A stretch of DNA of 35,670 nt from Chiloscyllium plagiosum (taxonomy: Eukaryota), in the NCBI RefSeq assembly GCF_004010195.1, contig NC_057718.1:52656254-52691923 (forward strand), in the 5' to 3' direction. The translations under genes and the position numbers were made by a program. The first letter of the stretch is position 1. Each line of letters starts with the position of its first letter. A model generated the notes under the pieces. It worked only from the letters and a program-made list of their open reading frames with translations, did not search any database and was not told the DNA's origin. Shown piece by piece: positions 10,991 to 23,951 of the stretch.

Positions 10991-13752
10991 CTAAAGTTAA
11001 ACCATATCTTTGTTATAGTTAATAACGGCAGTGCCTGGGTTATAAAAGAGTTCTGTTCCTGAGTATGTTTGTAAATTGATTTATACTCTAGTTGTAACAC
11101 AACACAATATAATATAAAATGGCCATTCATTAAGTGCATTCACATGTCAGATCCTTAACATTATTATTCTAGTTTCTAGCTTGTAAGTACAAAATATTCA
11201 TAAATCACAGACCATCTGTATATCATATCCCACTTTAGCCATTAACACTGAAACTCTGACTTTATGTTAATCAATTGTAGTTTCTAGCTGTCATAGCTCT
11301 TAGACCAGGTTCTAATTGCTTTGCAATCATGTTGACCATTACTTTTCCTTCTTAAATTTTTACTTTGCTTTCTCCAACTAAAACTGCTTTAATCTCCCAC
11401 AACTGCATTGCTTTTATTTTGACTGGTTCTCTGCTATTTTTCATTTTGTTATATATTCCAACCATCCACTTATTAAAGTTACAAATTAGTTTATCCAGTC
11501 ATGCGTGAGCTGGTTTGCATTTCACAAGAAAAATGTTGATTTATTTTGCCAATGTATTTGTTGGAGTTACAGGAATATCAGGTATGACACAAGAACAGAA
11601 GAACCAGAGCCTTTAGAGAAACAAAAATAAAGATTGTTTGGCTATGTATACTTCAGTGAGATATGAGCTAAATGAAGAGAAGGTAGAATGGCTTTTTGAA
11701 CTAGAGAGATGGAGAGAGTTGAATATGAGAAAGTGACTCTGAAGCCAATGTTTTGATACAAGCCTGCCTGATTGTCTGTAGATAAAAACTGATTTTATTT
11801 CCCTTTAAAAATATATGTAATTTGATACATAATTCAAGTGTTCATAATTTTCTAATGAGTATATTATGGATCTCTGCTCCAACTCCCATATGACCAGTAT
11901 TTCATTATTAGCATCTTGCTTTTACCTTCAAGATTTTATGTATTTTTCCCCCACCAGAAGGAGAAGAATGATGTGCAGTTATTACAACCTGAGGTACAAA
12001 GCTTACATACCACTCATTTTCATAGATTATGTCCATTCTCAAGCTGTTATATACTTTGGCCTGTTGCAGTTTTTATAAATCTGTTGGCTAGCTTTTATTA
12101 TTTTCCTCAGCTGCCATCTATACGTAATAGCTTGGTTGCAGAAAAAAAGAAAATGCAACTTGACTCAAAACATTATTTAGTTGAATCCATTAACAGTATA
12201 CCTTTTGATCAATCTGCTTTAAGTAAATACCAAAAAGTTTGTCCCATGAAAAAATGTAATGCCTACTTCCTTAGCTGGCACAATTCTATATTAAAATAAC
12301 AATTGTAACAGAAGACAATTCAACCCTCTTCCGAAGAAACAGTCTATTAGACAACTTATGTACCAGGGCGCATCTCCTTTTCACCAATGACTCTCAAAGC
12401 TTGTGGCTGTATACTTCGGGGTCTCTAGCATCAGCCTGTCCTGCTATGACACATTACCCAACCAATATTCAGAATTCCTCCCTTGCCCTTTAGTGCTTAG
12501 CAGTAAGGAACAACAAAGGAATTCTATGAGAAAGTGGATAAATGAAATCCGAATAAGGAATATAATTTCTCTTTGTCTTTATTTCTGTGGGGAAGTGACT
12601 GTTTCCCACTTGGTACCACCCTGAAATTCCATGAGTGGGCAGAACAGAATTCTCTCTCTCCGAGTTAGCACCATCTAAAATTCTTAAGTACAATCATTGT
12701 AAAGAGCAGTGACCCCAAAAGTTAGTGAACTGGTCAGTCATGCAACAAACTTAGTTGTGAAATACCCTTTCCAGTTGCCCAAAATAGTTCTTAGGGCTGT
12801 TACATATAATTTGTAGTATAGTTAACCTAATTGTCCGAACATCAAGATAATATTAAAAAGGATCAGATATTCAAACCTTTTGACATTTTAAAAAGATTCA
12901 TGAATGTGCTCAGGATTGGAGAAACTGAGGTTCTTGGACTATACACATAAACATCACACAGTTCGGCATAATTTTAAGAGCATTGGTTGCAAAGATGCAA
13001 TAACAGCTAAAAATTACTGCTGGTGATATCAACATACAAGCACTTCACCTGCTGCTGCTTTAGTAGTATTGACCTGGTTAACATGAATGACATTATATCT
13101 TCATTAAAATAGCAGTCAAGGAAATGTCCTAGAAAATTGCTGAGTGTTCATCTTTTAATAATGGCAACTATAATTTCTAGACTAAACAGTTTATAAATAA
13201 TGACCATAAAGAGGGCAGTATGGCATGGCGTAAAATTTCATTGCAAATAAATTAATTCAGTATTGACACCATGGCAATCCAACAGCTACCATCCACATCA
13301 TCACTTGTCATTTCAGAATAAAATATTAAGATGTCTGTGTACACTCTGATGGAGTTAATTGTTGAAATATTAATAAAGGATCAAGATTGATGTCATGTTT
13401 AATCTTGAAGGCTGCAAAACCTAATGGTGTGGCACTCATGTTTACATCATTACATGGATGATTTTGGGCCTAACATGTTGTTTGTGCCAGCACATGTATA
13501 CAGGTCTTGTGCATGTTTCACCAGATATCATTTTGGCAAGGGCAACAGTATGGGTGCATGCACCAGAAATATGCAAAGTCGTCAGCTCTTGAGATCAGTA
13601 AACACACAATGCTGATTTTTCTTTCTATCCTAGCCACTTTTGACCTGAACACTCTTGGCTAATGTCTTCTCTTAAACATGCACAGCTGAACATCCATTCA
13701 GCAGCTAGAAGAAAACCCTCCAGGATTATTTAAAAAATCACTGCTCACTTAC

Positions 13753-13963
13753 AGGTTAGTCACTGATTGATTTCTATTAGCTATTTCTCAGTTTATAACA
13801 TAATTTAGAAGTTGACACTGCTACTTAATGGTGCAGATGTCCTTAGTCTTGACTTCAAGAGTTGAGCCCAGAACATTTGCTCCCAGGCTTGAATACAGTA
13901 GTTTCCATCCCCTTGACAAGTAAAATGTCTGGGAGAATTAGAAGTGACCCAGAGGAGTACAAA
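13753..13963 (-). other. Candidate non-coding (5' UTR) exon
   Basis: Long polypyrimidine tract TTTTTTTCTCCTCTCTTTCTCACTCCTTGTGCAG ending at 13964 and donor CCT|GTAAGT at 13752. No frame is open across it. Confidence 0.45.
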
Positions 13964-14364
13964 CTGCACAAGGAGTGAGAAAGAGAGGAGAAAAAAAATC
14001 ATATTTATTAGTTTTGACTAAGAGGTCATCTTCACCTGAGTGTTCAAATGTGTATTTCTCATATCTCAGCCTCACCAAAACATAATGCATTAGATACCTC
14101 TACTTCACCCAGGATGTGTTCGCTGAAGTCTGCTACCTTCTGCAGCCCAAAGAGTTTCATGGTACAAGGATAGCACTACCAGCCATGGCAAAAGTGACTA
14201 TGGATATGAAGTTGAATGAGTTAGACTTTTGCTGGGCAGTAGCAGGTGACATTTGCCAATTCACTTTTCATTTTTGCATATGGAAGCCGACTGAACTGTG
14301 TGAAAAGATAGGTGAATACATTGTATTCCTTCTTGCGAGAGGGAAGCCTACAAAGTGAACACGT

Positions 14365-15138
14365 TTTGGAAAGGCAAATCAGGGCAGGACTTATGCACTT
14401 AATGATAAGGCCCTAGGGAGTGTTGCTAAACAAAGAGACTTTGGAATGCAGGTCATAGATCCTTGAAAGTGCAGTCACAAATAGACAGGATAGTGATGAA
14501 GGCATTCAGTGCGCTTGCCTTTATTGGTCATTGTGTTGAATATAGGAATTGGAAGATATGTCATGGCTGTCCAGGACTTTGGTTACACCACTTTTGGAAT
14601 ACTGCATTCAGTTCTAGTCTCCCTGTTATAGGAAGGATGTTGTGAAACTTGAAAGGGTTCAGAAAAGATTTACAAAGATGTTGCCAGGGTTGGAGGGATT
14701 GAGCTATAGGGAGAGGCTGAATGCGCTGGGGTCATTTTCCCTGGAGTGTCGGAGGGTGAGGGATGACCTTATGGAGGTTTATAAAATCATGAGGGGCATG
14801 TTTAGGGTGAATAGCCAAGGTCTTTTCCCTGGGATTGGGGAATCCAAAACTAGAGGGCATAGATTTAAGGGGAAAGACTTAAAAGGGACCTAAGGGACAA
14901 TCTGTTTCACACAAATGGTGGCACACATGTGGAATGAGCTGCCGGAGGAAGTGGTGGAGGCTGGTATAATTACAACATTTAAAAGACATCTGGATGGGTA
15001 CATGGATAGGAAGGGTTTAGAGGGATATGGACCAAATGCAGGCAAATGGGACTATATTAATTTAGGATATCTGGTCTGCATGGACGAGTTGGACCAAAGG
15101 GTCTGTTTCCATGCTGCATAGCTCTATGACTCTATGAC
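14365..15138 (+). mobile_element. CR1 LINE 3' fragment
   Basis: LERVQKRFTKMLPGLEGLSYRERLNALGSFSLECRRVRDDLMEVYKIMRG, WNELPEEVVEAG...FKRHLDGYM and (CTCTATGA)n tail. Confidence 0.95.
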
Positions 15139-15789
15139 ATGACTTTGCCAGTAATGTAGGCTTCCCTCTGGTGAAGGGTGCTCGCCACAGCATCCCTCCC
15201 TTTGAAGACACATTGTGTAAATTTTGAGATGTAAGACAACAGAAAGAGGATTCAATCCCTCGACATCTAGTAGCTATAGTCTGCACAATATGCAGGTCAA
15301 TCAACATTATTGTGGCAGCAGTCTGCTGCATTATCACCATCTGAGCTACAAAGAAAGCCAAACAAAATGGCTACAGGATGATTATAGCTACCTGACAATT
15401 ACCTTGTTCCTGATTCCAGTACAGAAAGCACTTACATATCATCAGGATGCACACAACAAGAACCATTAAAACCATTTGAAAATTCATCAAACAAAACTTG
15501 GGGGTGCATAAGCAATGTTTCATTGCTTGAACTATTATGGAGAAGATCTGCAAAACTCACCAGAGCATGGGTTATGATTCATTTTTGTTTGCTGCTTCCT
15601 GCAGGATCTAACCAAAATGAGGACACTGTTAGTGTAAGGTGTGCAAGAGGAGAAAATCAACAATACAAGAAGTTGTATTTACATAATATCTTTCATATGA
15701 TAAAACAAGATACTGTATACGTATGTTTTAAATCAAGACTTGATGTTGAGTTGTATGATGCATTATTATGGCAGATAGCCAAACTGTTT

Positions 15790-16320
15790 TTGTAAAGATT
15801 TGTTTTGGAGGATGTATTATAAGGAGGACAGAGAGTTACAGTGTACAGAGAAGGAATTTCAGTGTCCAGATGACTAAAGGCGAAACCAACAATTGTGGAG
15901 GAATGAAAATTGGGGGTATCAATGAAGCTTGAATTAAATGAGTACAAATATCTGGGAAAGTTGTAGAGCTGGAACAGATTATATACATGAAAAAAAGAGA
16001 GCGCAGCTATGGAGGAACTTAAAATTTTAAAATTGAGGCATTATTTGTGTAGAATCCAATCAAGTTCCGTGAGTTCAGGAAAGATGACTGAATGGAGTTT
16101 ATGGCATGAATTAGATAGACATTGGAATTTTAGATGACATCAAGTCTACACAGAGTGGACTGTGGGACACTGACTAGGAATGTATTGGAATCATCAATGT
16201 GAAAGATAACTGATGAACTGAGCCTTATATGGAGGTAGGGAGAAATGTGAAGGTGGAAACAAATGGTCTCAGTAAAAGTCAGAAGCTTATCCTGGGGATC
16301 AAATATGATTCACATTTAGG
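15790..16320 (-). mobile_element. Degenerate L2-type LINE 3' fragment
   Basis: Purine-rich plus strand (AGAGAAGGAATTTCAG...AAAGGCGAAACCAACAATTGTGGAG) resembles the antisense 3' region of vertebrate L2 elements. Recognised from memory only. Confidence 0.5.
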
Positions 16321-16600
16321 GACAGAATGACCCAAACTGTGCTTATTTTTTAGTTTAGTTATGAGAGATTATTAAGCTCAGTATATTTTAGCAATAACTG
16401 GTTTATATATTAAAGGAATTACTTACAGCATTAAAGAAGTATGACTAACTTTGCTGATTCCATGATCCTTTTCCTCTTTCCAATGTATCCAAGTGAGTCT
16501 CTCTGATATTCTTTCCTTTCTCTTCATCTCTTACATTGTCCCATACATTAATACTTTTGAGCACTTACATCAGATCTTTCTGCATTCATTATTATTTTGA

Positions 16601-16752
16601 CAAGAGGTTAGGTTAGTTCAGTTGGTTGGACATCTGTGTTGCACTGTAGAGTGATACCAACAGTGAAAGTTGAGATTACCACAAAGGTTCCGTCTTCTCA
16701 ACCTCAAACCCCATCTGAGGCATGGTGTCTCTCAGTTAAAATCGCTACCAGT

Positions 16753-16789
<37 letters not shown>

Positions 16790-16822
16790 ATGAGAGTGTG
16801 GTCCTCCGGGACTACAGCAAGG
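16601..16822 (+). mobile_element. tRNA-derived SINE (non-HE1 family) with internal (CT)n
   Basis: A-box-like TTAGTTCAGTTGG head and (CT)~15 at ~16757-16787. 12-bp TSD TTATTATTTTGA at 16589-16600 and 16823-16834. Confidence 0.7.
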
Positions 16823-17814
16823 TTATTATTTTGATATGTGACCAATGTCAACTCAAATCTCTAACATCAGAGATTCAAACAATCAGAAGATTTCAAAACT
16901 CTCCCTGATCTTGATTGTTCCTGTAAGACCCACTCTGATTTATTATTTCTTGACTTCATACAGTTTTCATGAATTTCATCCAAACATATGGAGGATTGAT
17001 ATCTTTGATGAATAATCATAAAGTTATCCTGCTTCTTATTGAATTGTATACCAAGTGAGATCTCTGTTGATTATCATCTCTTTGGTCAATTACTCTGCCT
17101 TGGTCTTTAACTCATACTTTTCTCCTTTAATCAGTATACTATGATAGCTCTTGTTATAGTTTAAAGTTATTGCTTTTGAGAAAAGGTTTCTTCATCTTGA
17201 ACTGTTTGATAGTCCTGCATTTCTAGTTCCAGTAATACTTTGTGTTTTGGATAGAATAGGAAGTGGCATTTAGCTCTGACAGTGCAAAGCTACATTTAAG
17301 TGGAGTGGATTTGTAGGTTACTAAAATGGCCCTCAAATCTCCACTTTTCTTTAGAAGTGCTTCAATAATTCTGACTCCTCTTTCAGCTTCAGTATTGTAT
17401 TGAGGATGTCTCAGGCAAGAATTACAAATCCAGCATTTTTCACAATCTGTAGTTATTTATAAATTGTACATCAATTTTGGAGAGAATCTGATCAAGAATT
17501 CCAAATGTTGCGTAAATCTCTCTTTTTAAAGCTAAATTATAGTCTCAGTAGTTGCTGTATACAATGTGATTTTGATCCACCAGGAAATAATGGCGGACTA
17601 TCAAAGAAGATTTTCTATTAAACATGAATAGCTCCAGCTCCAGACATTCCTGAGGCAGGGTTAGAATTTGAGTTGGAACAAGAAGTTCTTTCAGTTTTAG
17701 TCTTTGGCAATTAGAAATAATTTATTTGACAGATTTTGGTATTCCTGGTTACCACACAGATGATGGGGCATGTGCTTTGTATTCTGCAATACCCTTGTGG
17801 CTCTGGTGTATTTT

Positions 17815-18114
17815 AGATTAGATTAGTTTAGATTAGTTTAGATTAAAGCGTGGAAACAGGCCCTTCGGCCCAACAAGTCACACCGCCCCGCCGAAGTGCA
17901 ACCCACCCATACCCCTACATTTACCCCTTACCTAACACTACAGGCAATTTAGTATGGCCAATTCACCTGACCTGCACATCTTTGGACTGTGGGAGGAAAC
18001 CGGAGCACCCAGAGGAAACCCACGCAGACACGGGGAAAACGTGCAAACTCCACACATTCAGTCACCTGAGGCGGGAATTGAACCCGGGTCTCTGGCGCTG
18101 TGAGGCAGCAGTGC
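17815..18114 (-). mobile_element. HE1-type SINE inserted in Gypsy integrase
   Basis: Near-identical to 4101-4414 but missing the first ~20 nt, with (AATCT)n tail. Flanked by TATTTT on both sides. Confidence 0.92.
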
Positions 18115-19585
18115 TATTTTCTGGGTATTTTCTGGGGTGAAATTAGAATCACCAACCTCTATTCATGTAACCAGCAAATCATCCATAATTATAAAATACT
18201 TCATGCTAACATTGACATTGGTGAATGCAGATGCTTCTTCATCTTGCATCTCACATGACAAATTTCTTGGAGCTATTCTGAACTTGCCATCCAGTGTGCT
18301 GCAGCGACCTGGGAATATGATTCCTCTGTTTCAAAATACGCATAGCATGGTCAATGATATCTCAAGACAATGCATTTGCTGTTATTTACAATTTGCTCCA
18401 TACTTTTACCATTTCATAAGTGCACCTCATTAATCTCCACTGGAATGTTAGGATTTGTAGAGACTTTCAGGAGAGTTATTTTCATCAAGTAATGAGATTA
18501 GGAATTGTGCTCTTTCTCCATGACAACCTTTAAGAAGGTTTCATATGCCAAAGATTGTAAAAGTCTTTTTTCTATGATGGAGTATCTCATCCCAGTTATG
18601 ACAATGCCAAGATAAATAATGAGCTGTATGTGATGCCAAATAGCTGACATTGAAAGAGGAATACCTCAACACTGTAAATAAGACAGCAACTTTGGCCAGT
18701 AGTGAGGGGTTATAATGTGTTAAGACATTTGGCAAAATCAGCATTTCCTTGACCTTTTGAAACAATCATTTGAGTTTTCTTTAATATTCCTCTTAAGAGT
18801 TCTAAGAGTGCTAGATTTGGCAAAACATTTTCTGAGTTGCTTAACCATTCCAAGTGAGCATGAAGGTCTTGAACAAACTGGAAAATGGGAATTCATTAAT
18901 GGTTCTTATTTTTTTGCACTTGCTGCTAATTATGTGTTCGAGGGAATGGTAGTTTTTTTTTAAGAATTCACACTTATTGTTACTGTAGGCCTTCTCCTGG
19001 TCAATGATTTAAATATGCTTGTACCCTCTGATAACATGAAATATTTGACATAGTTCTTTGGAAAATTTCAGGTGTTGAGGTTATACTGAATGTCAGAAGA
19101 TTAAAATGAAATCTTCTGAACAAAGTAAAAAGATCATCAGCAACTCTGATTTTACAGCCAACAAGACTTGCCAAAACCTACAGTTTATGTCCAGCTTTGT
19201 GGCTGTGGTGCTTTTGGACAAATTCCCAAGCTTTCATCCATCGAGAGCATTGAATGAATTACTACAGCATTATTAAGTTAATTCTATACAAATACAAAGA
19301 GTACTGTCAATTTTCAGACCTGGAACCGTTCCAGAGCACTACAATGTAGGCTTAGTGACGGGAGAAATTATTTCCGTTGTGGTCATCTCTTTTAGCTGAA
19401 TTGGATTTGCTTTATTGATGAGTGTACTATTTTCTTAGGCATGAAAAGACAAAGGTTTAACATCTTTCCACAAAGCAATATTATACTTGGTCTTACATCT
19501 TCCTAGATCAAGAAATAATTTTATCAAGTCTATTTTTTAAAAAGCACCTGTTGATCCCTGCTGCTTAACTTCTTCCACTTTCTGG

Positions 19586-20038
19586 TGTGACAGTACTGTG
19601 GCTTTAAGAAGCGTCGCTTTGTCCTTTTTAAAAAAAAAAGATGCTTTAAGACAGAGGTGATAAATTGTCTCTTCCAAGCTAATAAAGTAAACAGCTTGGC
19701 AGGCCCTTTTTTTAAGTTAGAACAATAGAAGCATCATGAATAGGTGGAGTCAGGCTCCCATAAAATAAGGGTTTTAGTTTAGATTTGAGTTATTGAGGGT
19801 ATTGAAATTGGTTGTGGAAGCTGTTATAATCTTTCTGCCACAGCAAAAGCTGGAGTTCTCTCTCTCTCTGGCAGAGTTTTCTCTTGGTGTTCTTTTCTCC
19901 TGGACTGGAGAAACATTGCATGTGAGGCAATCTATTTTATTGAATTTGCCTTTGCCAAGGGTGTGTTTATGACATATTACTACATTGGAACAGTTGCTGT
20001 TTAGTAGCTAAATACTCTATTTGGTCTTGTCCATAACA
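19586..20038 (+). mobile_element. Solo LTR (family A), inserted in Gypsy pol
   Basis: TGTGA...ATAACA termini and 4-bp TSD CTGG (19582-19585, 20039-20042). Homologous to 25156-25780 in opposite orientation. Transcriptional strand not established. Confidence 0.88.
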
Positions 20039-22595
20039 CTGGATAAAATTAATGTTTAAACAAGAGCTTCTATATAAAATGCAAAATTCTTGATTTTTGT
20101 CAAATAAACAGTGTTTCAAACACCTGCCTGAGCTTGTACTGGAGTACTGCTTTCCCTCTGCTTCGAAAATTAACCTCTCCTGAATCAAATTAATTCAGTT
20201 GGTTTTTAGACAACTTTTGAATAAAGTTAGTGATATATCTGTTGACATTTATATCTGCTTTCCAAATTGGATGATTTGGAGTAGTGTTCTGATCAAGGAG
20301 ATTTCATAACCATGAAAGTCAGAGTTTTACGTTTGCACATCTTCCCAAAGGGCCAACATTTTGAAGGGAAAGCATTCCAGCTTTTTTGCAGGACACTGTT
20401 GGTGCAACACACTGGCAGGAGTTTACAGTATTTAGCACTTTCCCTCTCAAGTGTAATTTGCTTTTCTGGTATTTCTTTCACAGTATTATGCTTAAGGAGC
20501 TGTCTGGTGACTGGAGGTTACATGAACCAAGGTTTTCTTCATCTCTCAGAGTTACACTTCTGTTTACACACCTCTGCGTATATCAACAGCTATATTGCTT
20601 TTTCTAAGGTGAGCTCTTCCTTAGTCTGCAAAAAGCCTGATAAAGATTAATCAGCAATATCTACATGGTGTAACCTCATATTAATTCTATTTTAGATCTC
20701 CATATTTGCATTCTTTAACTAGCCTGTAAAGGTCATCAATAAAAGTGTCTACTGGCCTCTGACCACTTCTGACTAATTTGGCTCGAAGAGCTTGTTTCTC
20801 CCCAGGTTGAAGTCGCTATCAAAAGCTTTTAAGACTTCCTCAAATTTGTTTGAAGCATCTTTATTGCTTTAATTTGCAATAACATCATCTGTTATTGTTC
20901 AATGGAGTATGATGTCAACTTGTTTTACTTTGGAATCCCTTTCTAAATTCGAAACAATTCCTTATCTCAATTTTCTTTCTCTGAAGTGCCCTGGTTTGAG
21001 TCTGATTTTGGCGCATTCATGTGTTCAAATCGCTCAGATAATATCTCGCTTTTTTTCTTTAAACTTTCTAATTGATTAATTTGCTGGTTTAAGTTTTCCT
21101 TTGGCTTTGAATGTTTTCTCATACTCCCACTGCAGTCACTGTTATTTCTCAAAGAACCTCTCTGTTACACTAGTTACTTATATTTTGAAACATGCAAAAA
21201 TCAAAAGCTGTTTTATTTCAGTTTAATAACCTTTTCACTGCCTCTTCCTGGAGCTGCATTTGGTTAAGGTTTGCTTTTCTATTTCATTGCCTCCACAGTT
21301 AATGGTGTCAATATCACATTGAGTCTGTTAGGTGTTTTATTATGAGCTGTTTTTTCTAAAGGGTAGAATCTCCCAGCCTAGCTGTCTGTCTAGTGTGCCA
21401 TTAAGACATTTCTTTTACCATGTAAAGGTTGCTTACCACTTCCCTGATAGCTCTGACTTGAAGCCTGCAATTACTTGAGCAGGATTTTCTTTATAGGCTT
21501 CTTATGTGTAGCCTGAGTGCCTTTGCAAGTTGATTTTTTGACTATTGCACTGCCTACTTTCTGTCAACAGAGTAACTTTAGAGTTTTTTGCTGTCTCTTC
21601 CCAATCTACTTCCCAGATTTGGTGTCATTTGTTTCAGGTTTGATTTTGGAAACTTCTTTAAAGTTTATTTTTCAAACGCTTCTGGTATTATTCACAAACA
21701 TTGCATATTTGATTAGTCCAGCTGGGAGAGTTTACTGATCTTTCAATCTTTTAACAAGAACAATATTTTTATATGTTACTTAACCAAGTATAACATTACA
21801 GAAGTATGGATAATTGATGATGCCATGATACTCTCCCCTCATTGTCATTTTATGTGATTATTTAAATTATCATAGTGGTGGGTTCTACTCACACTGTCCC
21901 AGACATTAATCCATTCAAATCTTTGTATTGAAGCCCAATGAATGCAAGCTCAATTCTCTATTTACAAACAGTTCCACACATCATGTTCTCTTTATTACTG
22001 CCATGAAGGCATCCGCACAAGTGACAATGCTGAAATAAATTCCACCACAAAATGAACATTACAAAACAACTCGCTAAAACAAATCACAACATATTCTGTA
22101 CAAAACTAATCATGCTTGTGCTTATCTTTTAGCCCTGAATTCTGTATGCCTTTACTAGTCTTAGTTCTGCTATGTAGTGCTCCTCCAGGGGCTGCAACAT
22201 GACTAACGGAAGACAGCTGACTTTCAATGGGGAAAATGGCAGATCAATGACATCAAGCATCTCTGGCCCTAAAAGGCCCAACATCTTTAGTATGTATGCT
22301 TGCAGCCTCAGGCTGGCTGGTTGACAAGTAAGAGAAAGGACACCAACAGATCGGTGAATATTTTGATCTTGAGGCAGAAAGCAACACAGAATCTCTGAAA
22401 TCCCAAAAGCGTAAATCATAGGAATGTGTTGAAGTGCTAGAGTGCTGCAAGATTCTGTCAGGCTCTTTACACATACTGGTGGTACTTAGTGATTTCAATC
22501 TCAGGTTCCATTACAGCTTTCAGAATTTGATTGATCCATTGATGGTGTTTCTTCCATAGCCCCCTTCTGGTTAAGTGCTGAAACTAATTATAGTA

Positions 22596-22985
22596 CCATA
22601 GAACCATAGAAATGATACAGCACAAAAGGGTGCCGTTCGGCCCAACTTGACCATGCCGATCCATGTATGATGTGTCACCTTGCCCTGTAAGAGAGAGAGA
22701 ATGTATCTATGCTATGTGTTTAGAACATAGATCGATATAGCAAAGTCTCTGGCTATTTACTCTATCTATGCCTCTCATCATCTTGTACACCTCTATCAAG
22801 TCACCTCTCACCCTTCTTTGTTCCAAAGAGAAAAGCCTTAGCTCCCTCAACCTTTTTATTTAATTAAATGTGCCTTCCAAACCAGGCAGCATCCTAGTAA
22901 ATCTCCTCTGCATCCTTTCTAAAGCTTCCACAACCTTCCTATAATGAGGCAACCAGAACTGAACACAATATTCCAAGTTTAAGTG
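22596..22985 (-). mobile_element. CR1 LINE 3' fragment
   Basis: Tail (CATAGAAC)n and LEYCVQFWLPHYRKVVEALERMQRRFTRMLPGLEG. Confidence 0.88.
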
Positions 22986-23353
22986 ATGCGATGATCTGCA
23001 TGAAGAGTTGACAATGTGTGAAAGCTTGCAGCAGTGTAAAACGTGAGAAGGTGAGGTTAGACATGTGCATGCTAGATTAAATTCACACAGGCTGTTGTTT
23101 GGGGTGTGATATATTGAGCAGTATGTGAGGATATGGTGGCATTTGGTGAGATGTGGCATTTGAAGAATTATTTACTGACCATGACTGTTCATGTGAGATC
23201 ATTGACCTTTTGCTGCTGTCCATTCAGGTCCGTGTAACCAGACTCTTGACATTGACCTTCCCAACAAAGAATATTAACATTGAATATGGAACAGTATGGC
23301 ACATGAACAGGCCCTTCAGCCCCTGTGCTGACCATGATGCCATTCTAAACTAA

Positions 23354-23585
23354 GCTGAAAAATGTGTTGCTGGAAAAGTGCAGCAGGTCAGGCAGCATCC
23401 AAGGAGCAGGAGAATCGACGTTTTGGGCATAAGCCCTTCTTCAGGAATGTATGATTCCTGAAGAAGGGCTTATGCCCGAAACGTCGATTCTCCTGCTCCT
23501 TGGATGCTGCCTGACCTGCTGCGCTTTTCCAGCAACACATTTTTCAGCTCTGATCTCCAGCATCTGCAGTCCTCACTTTCTCCTA
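23354..23585 (+). mobile_element. Fold-back PLE-derived element with hammerhead core, 15-bp TSD
   Basis: 95-bp inverted arms (23354-23448, 23454-23548; 2 mismatches), 5-nt loop and 37-nt tail. TSD GCCATTCTAAACTAA at 23339-23353 and 23586-23600. Confidence 0.9.
23454..23492 (+). ncRNA. Minimal type I hammerhead ribozyme-like motif
   Basis: CTGAAGA(23458-23464)-A-GGGC-TTAT-GCCC-GAAA(23478-23481)-C-GTC, with predicted cleavage after 23485. Stem III has no loop and stem I is very short. Confidence 0.65.
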
Positions 23586-23951
23586 GCCATTCTAAACTAA
23601 TCCCATCTGCCTGCACATGATCCTTATCCTTCTATTCCCTGCCTGTTCATGTATCTGCATAAATGCCTCATTAACATTGCTACCGTTTCTGCTCATATCA
23701 CCTCCCCTGGCAGTGCATTCCAGGCACCTATGATTCTCTGTGTAAAAGTCTTTCTTCACACACCTCCTTTAAATTCTTCCCCTCTCATATTAAACCTATT
23801 TCCCATAGTATTTGACATTTCTGCCCTTTCTTAATTTTATATGCACTTCTCTCATAGCCTTAGCCTCCAATGCTCTAGTGAAAACAGTCCAAATTTGCCC
23901 ATGCCCTCCTGATATCTAATACATTCCAATCCAAACAACATTCTGTTTAAC

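Larger units (their letters stand above)
16867..21420 (-). mobile_element. Decayed Ty3/Gypsy LTR retrotransposon internal region (gag-PR-RT-RH-IN)
   Basis: Minus-strand remnants in Gypsy order: gag (VDTFIDDLYRLVKECKYGDLK; degenerate zinc knuckle ~20330-20430), protease (WKADINVN), RT (IISPVTKPT..CSG), RNase H approach (FQKVKEMLILPNVLTHYNP), integrase zinc finger (IHQSHKGI...SSVW*PGI), core (EAERGVRIIEALL...YKSTPL) and terminal SRSGRVLKSSDCLNL* ending 16867. PBS-like TGGTAAAAGAAATG at 21420-21407 follows ...TTTACA. Confidence 0.85.

Noticed and set aside
22129..22498. Overlapping minus-strand ORFs as a coding exon
   Set aside because: No recognisable domain and no convincing acceptor/donor pair.
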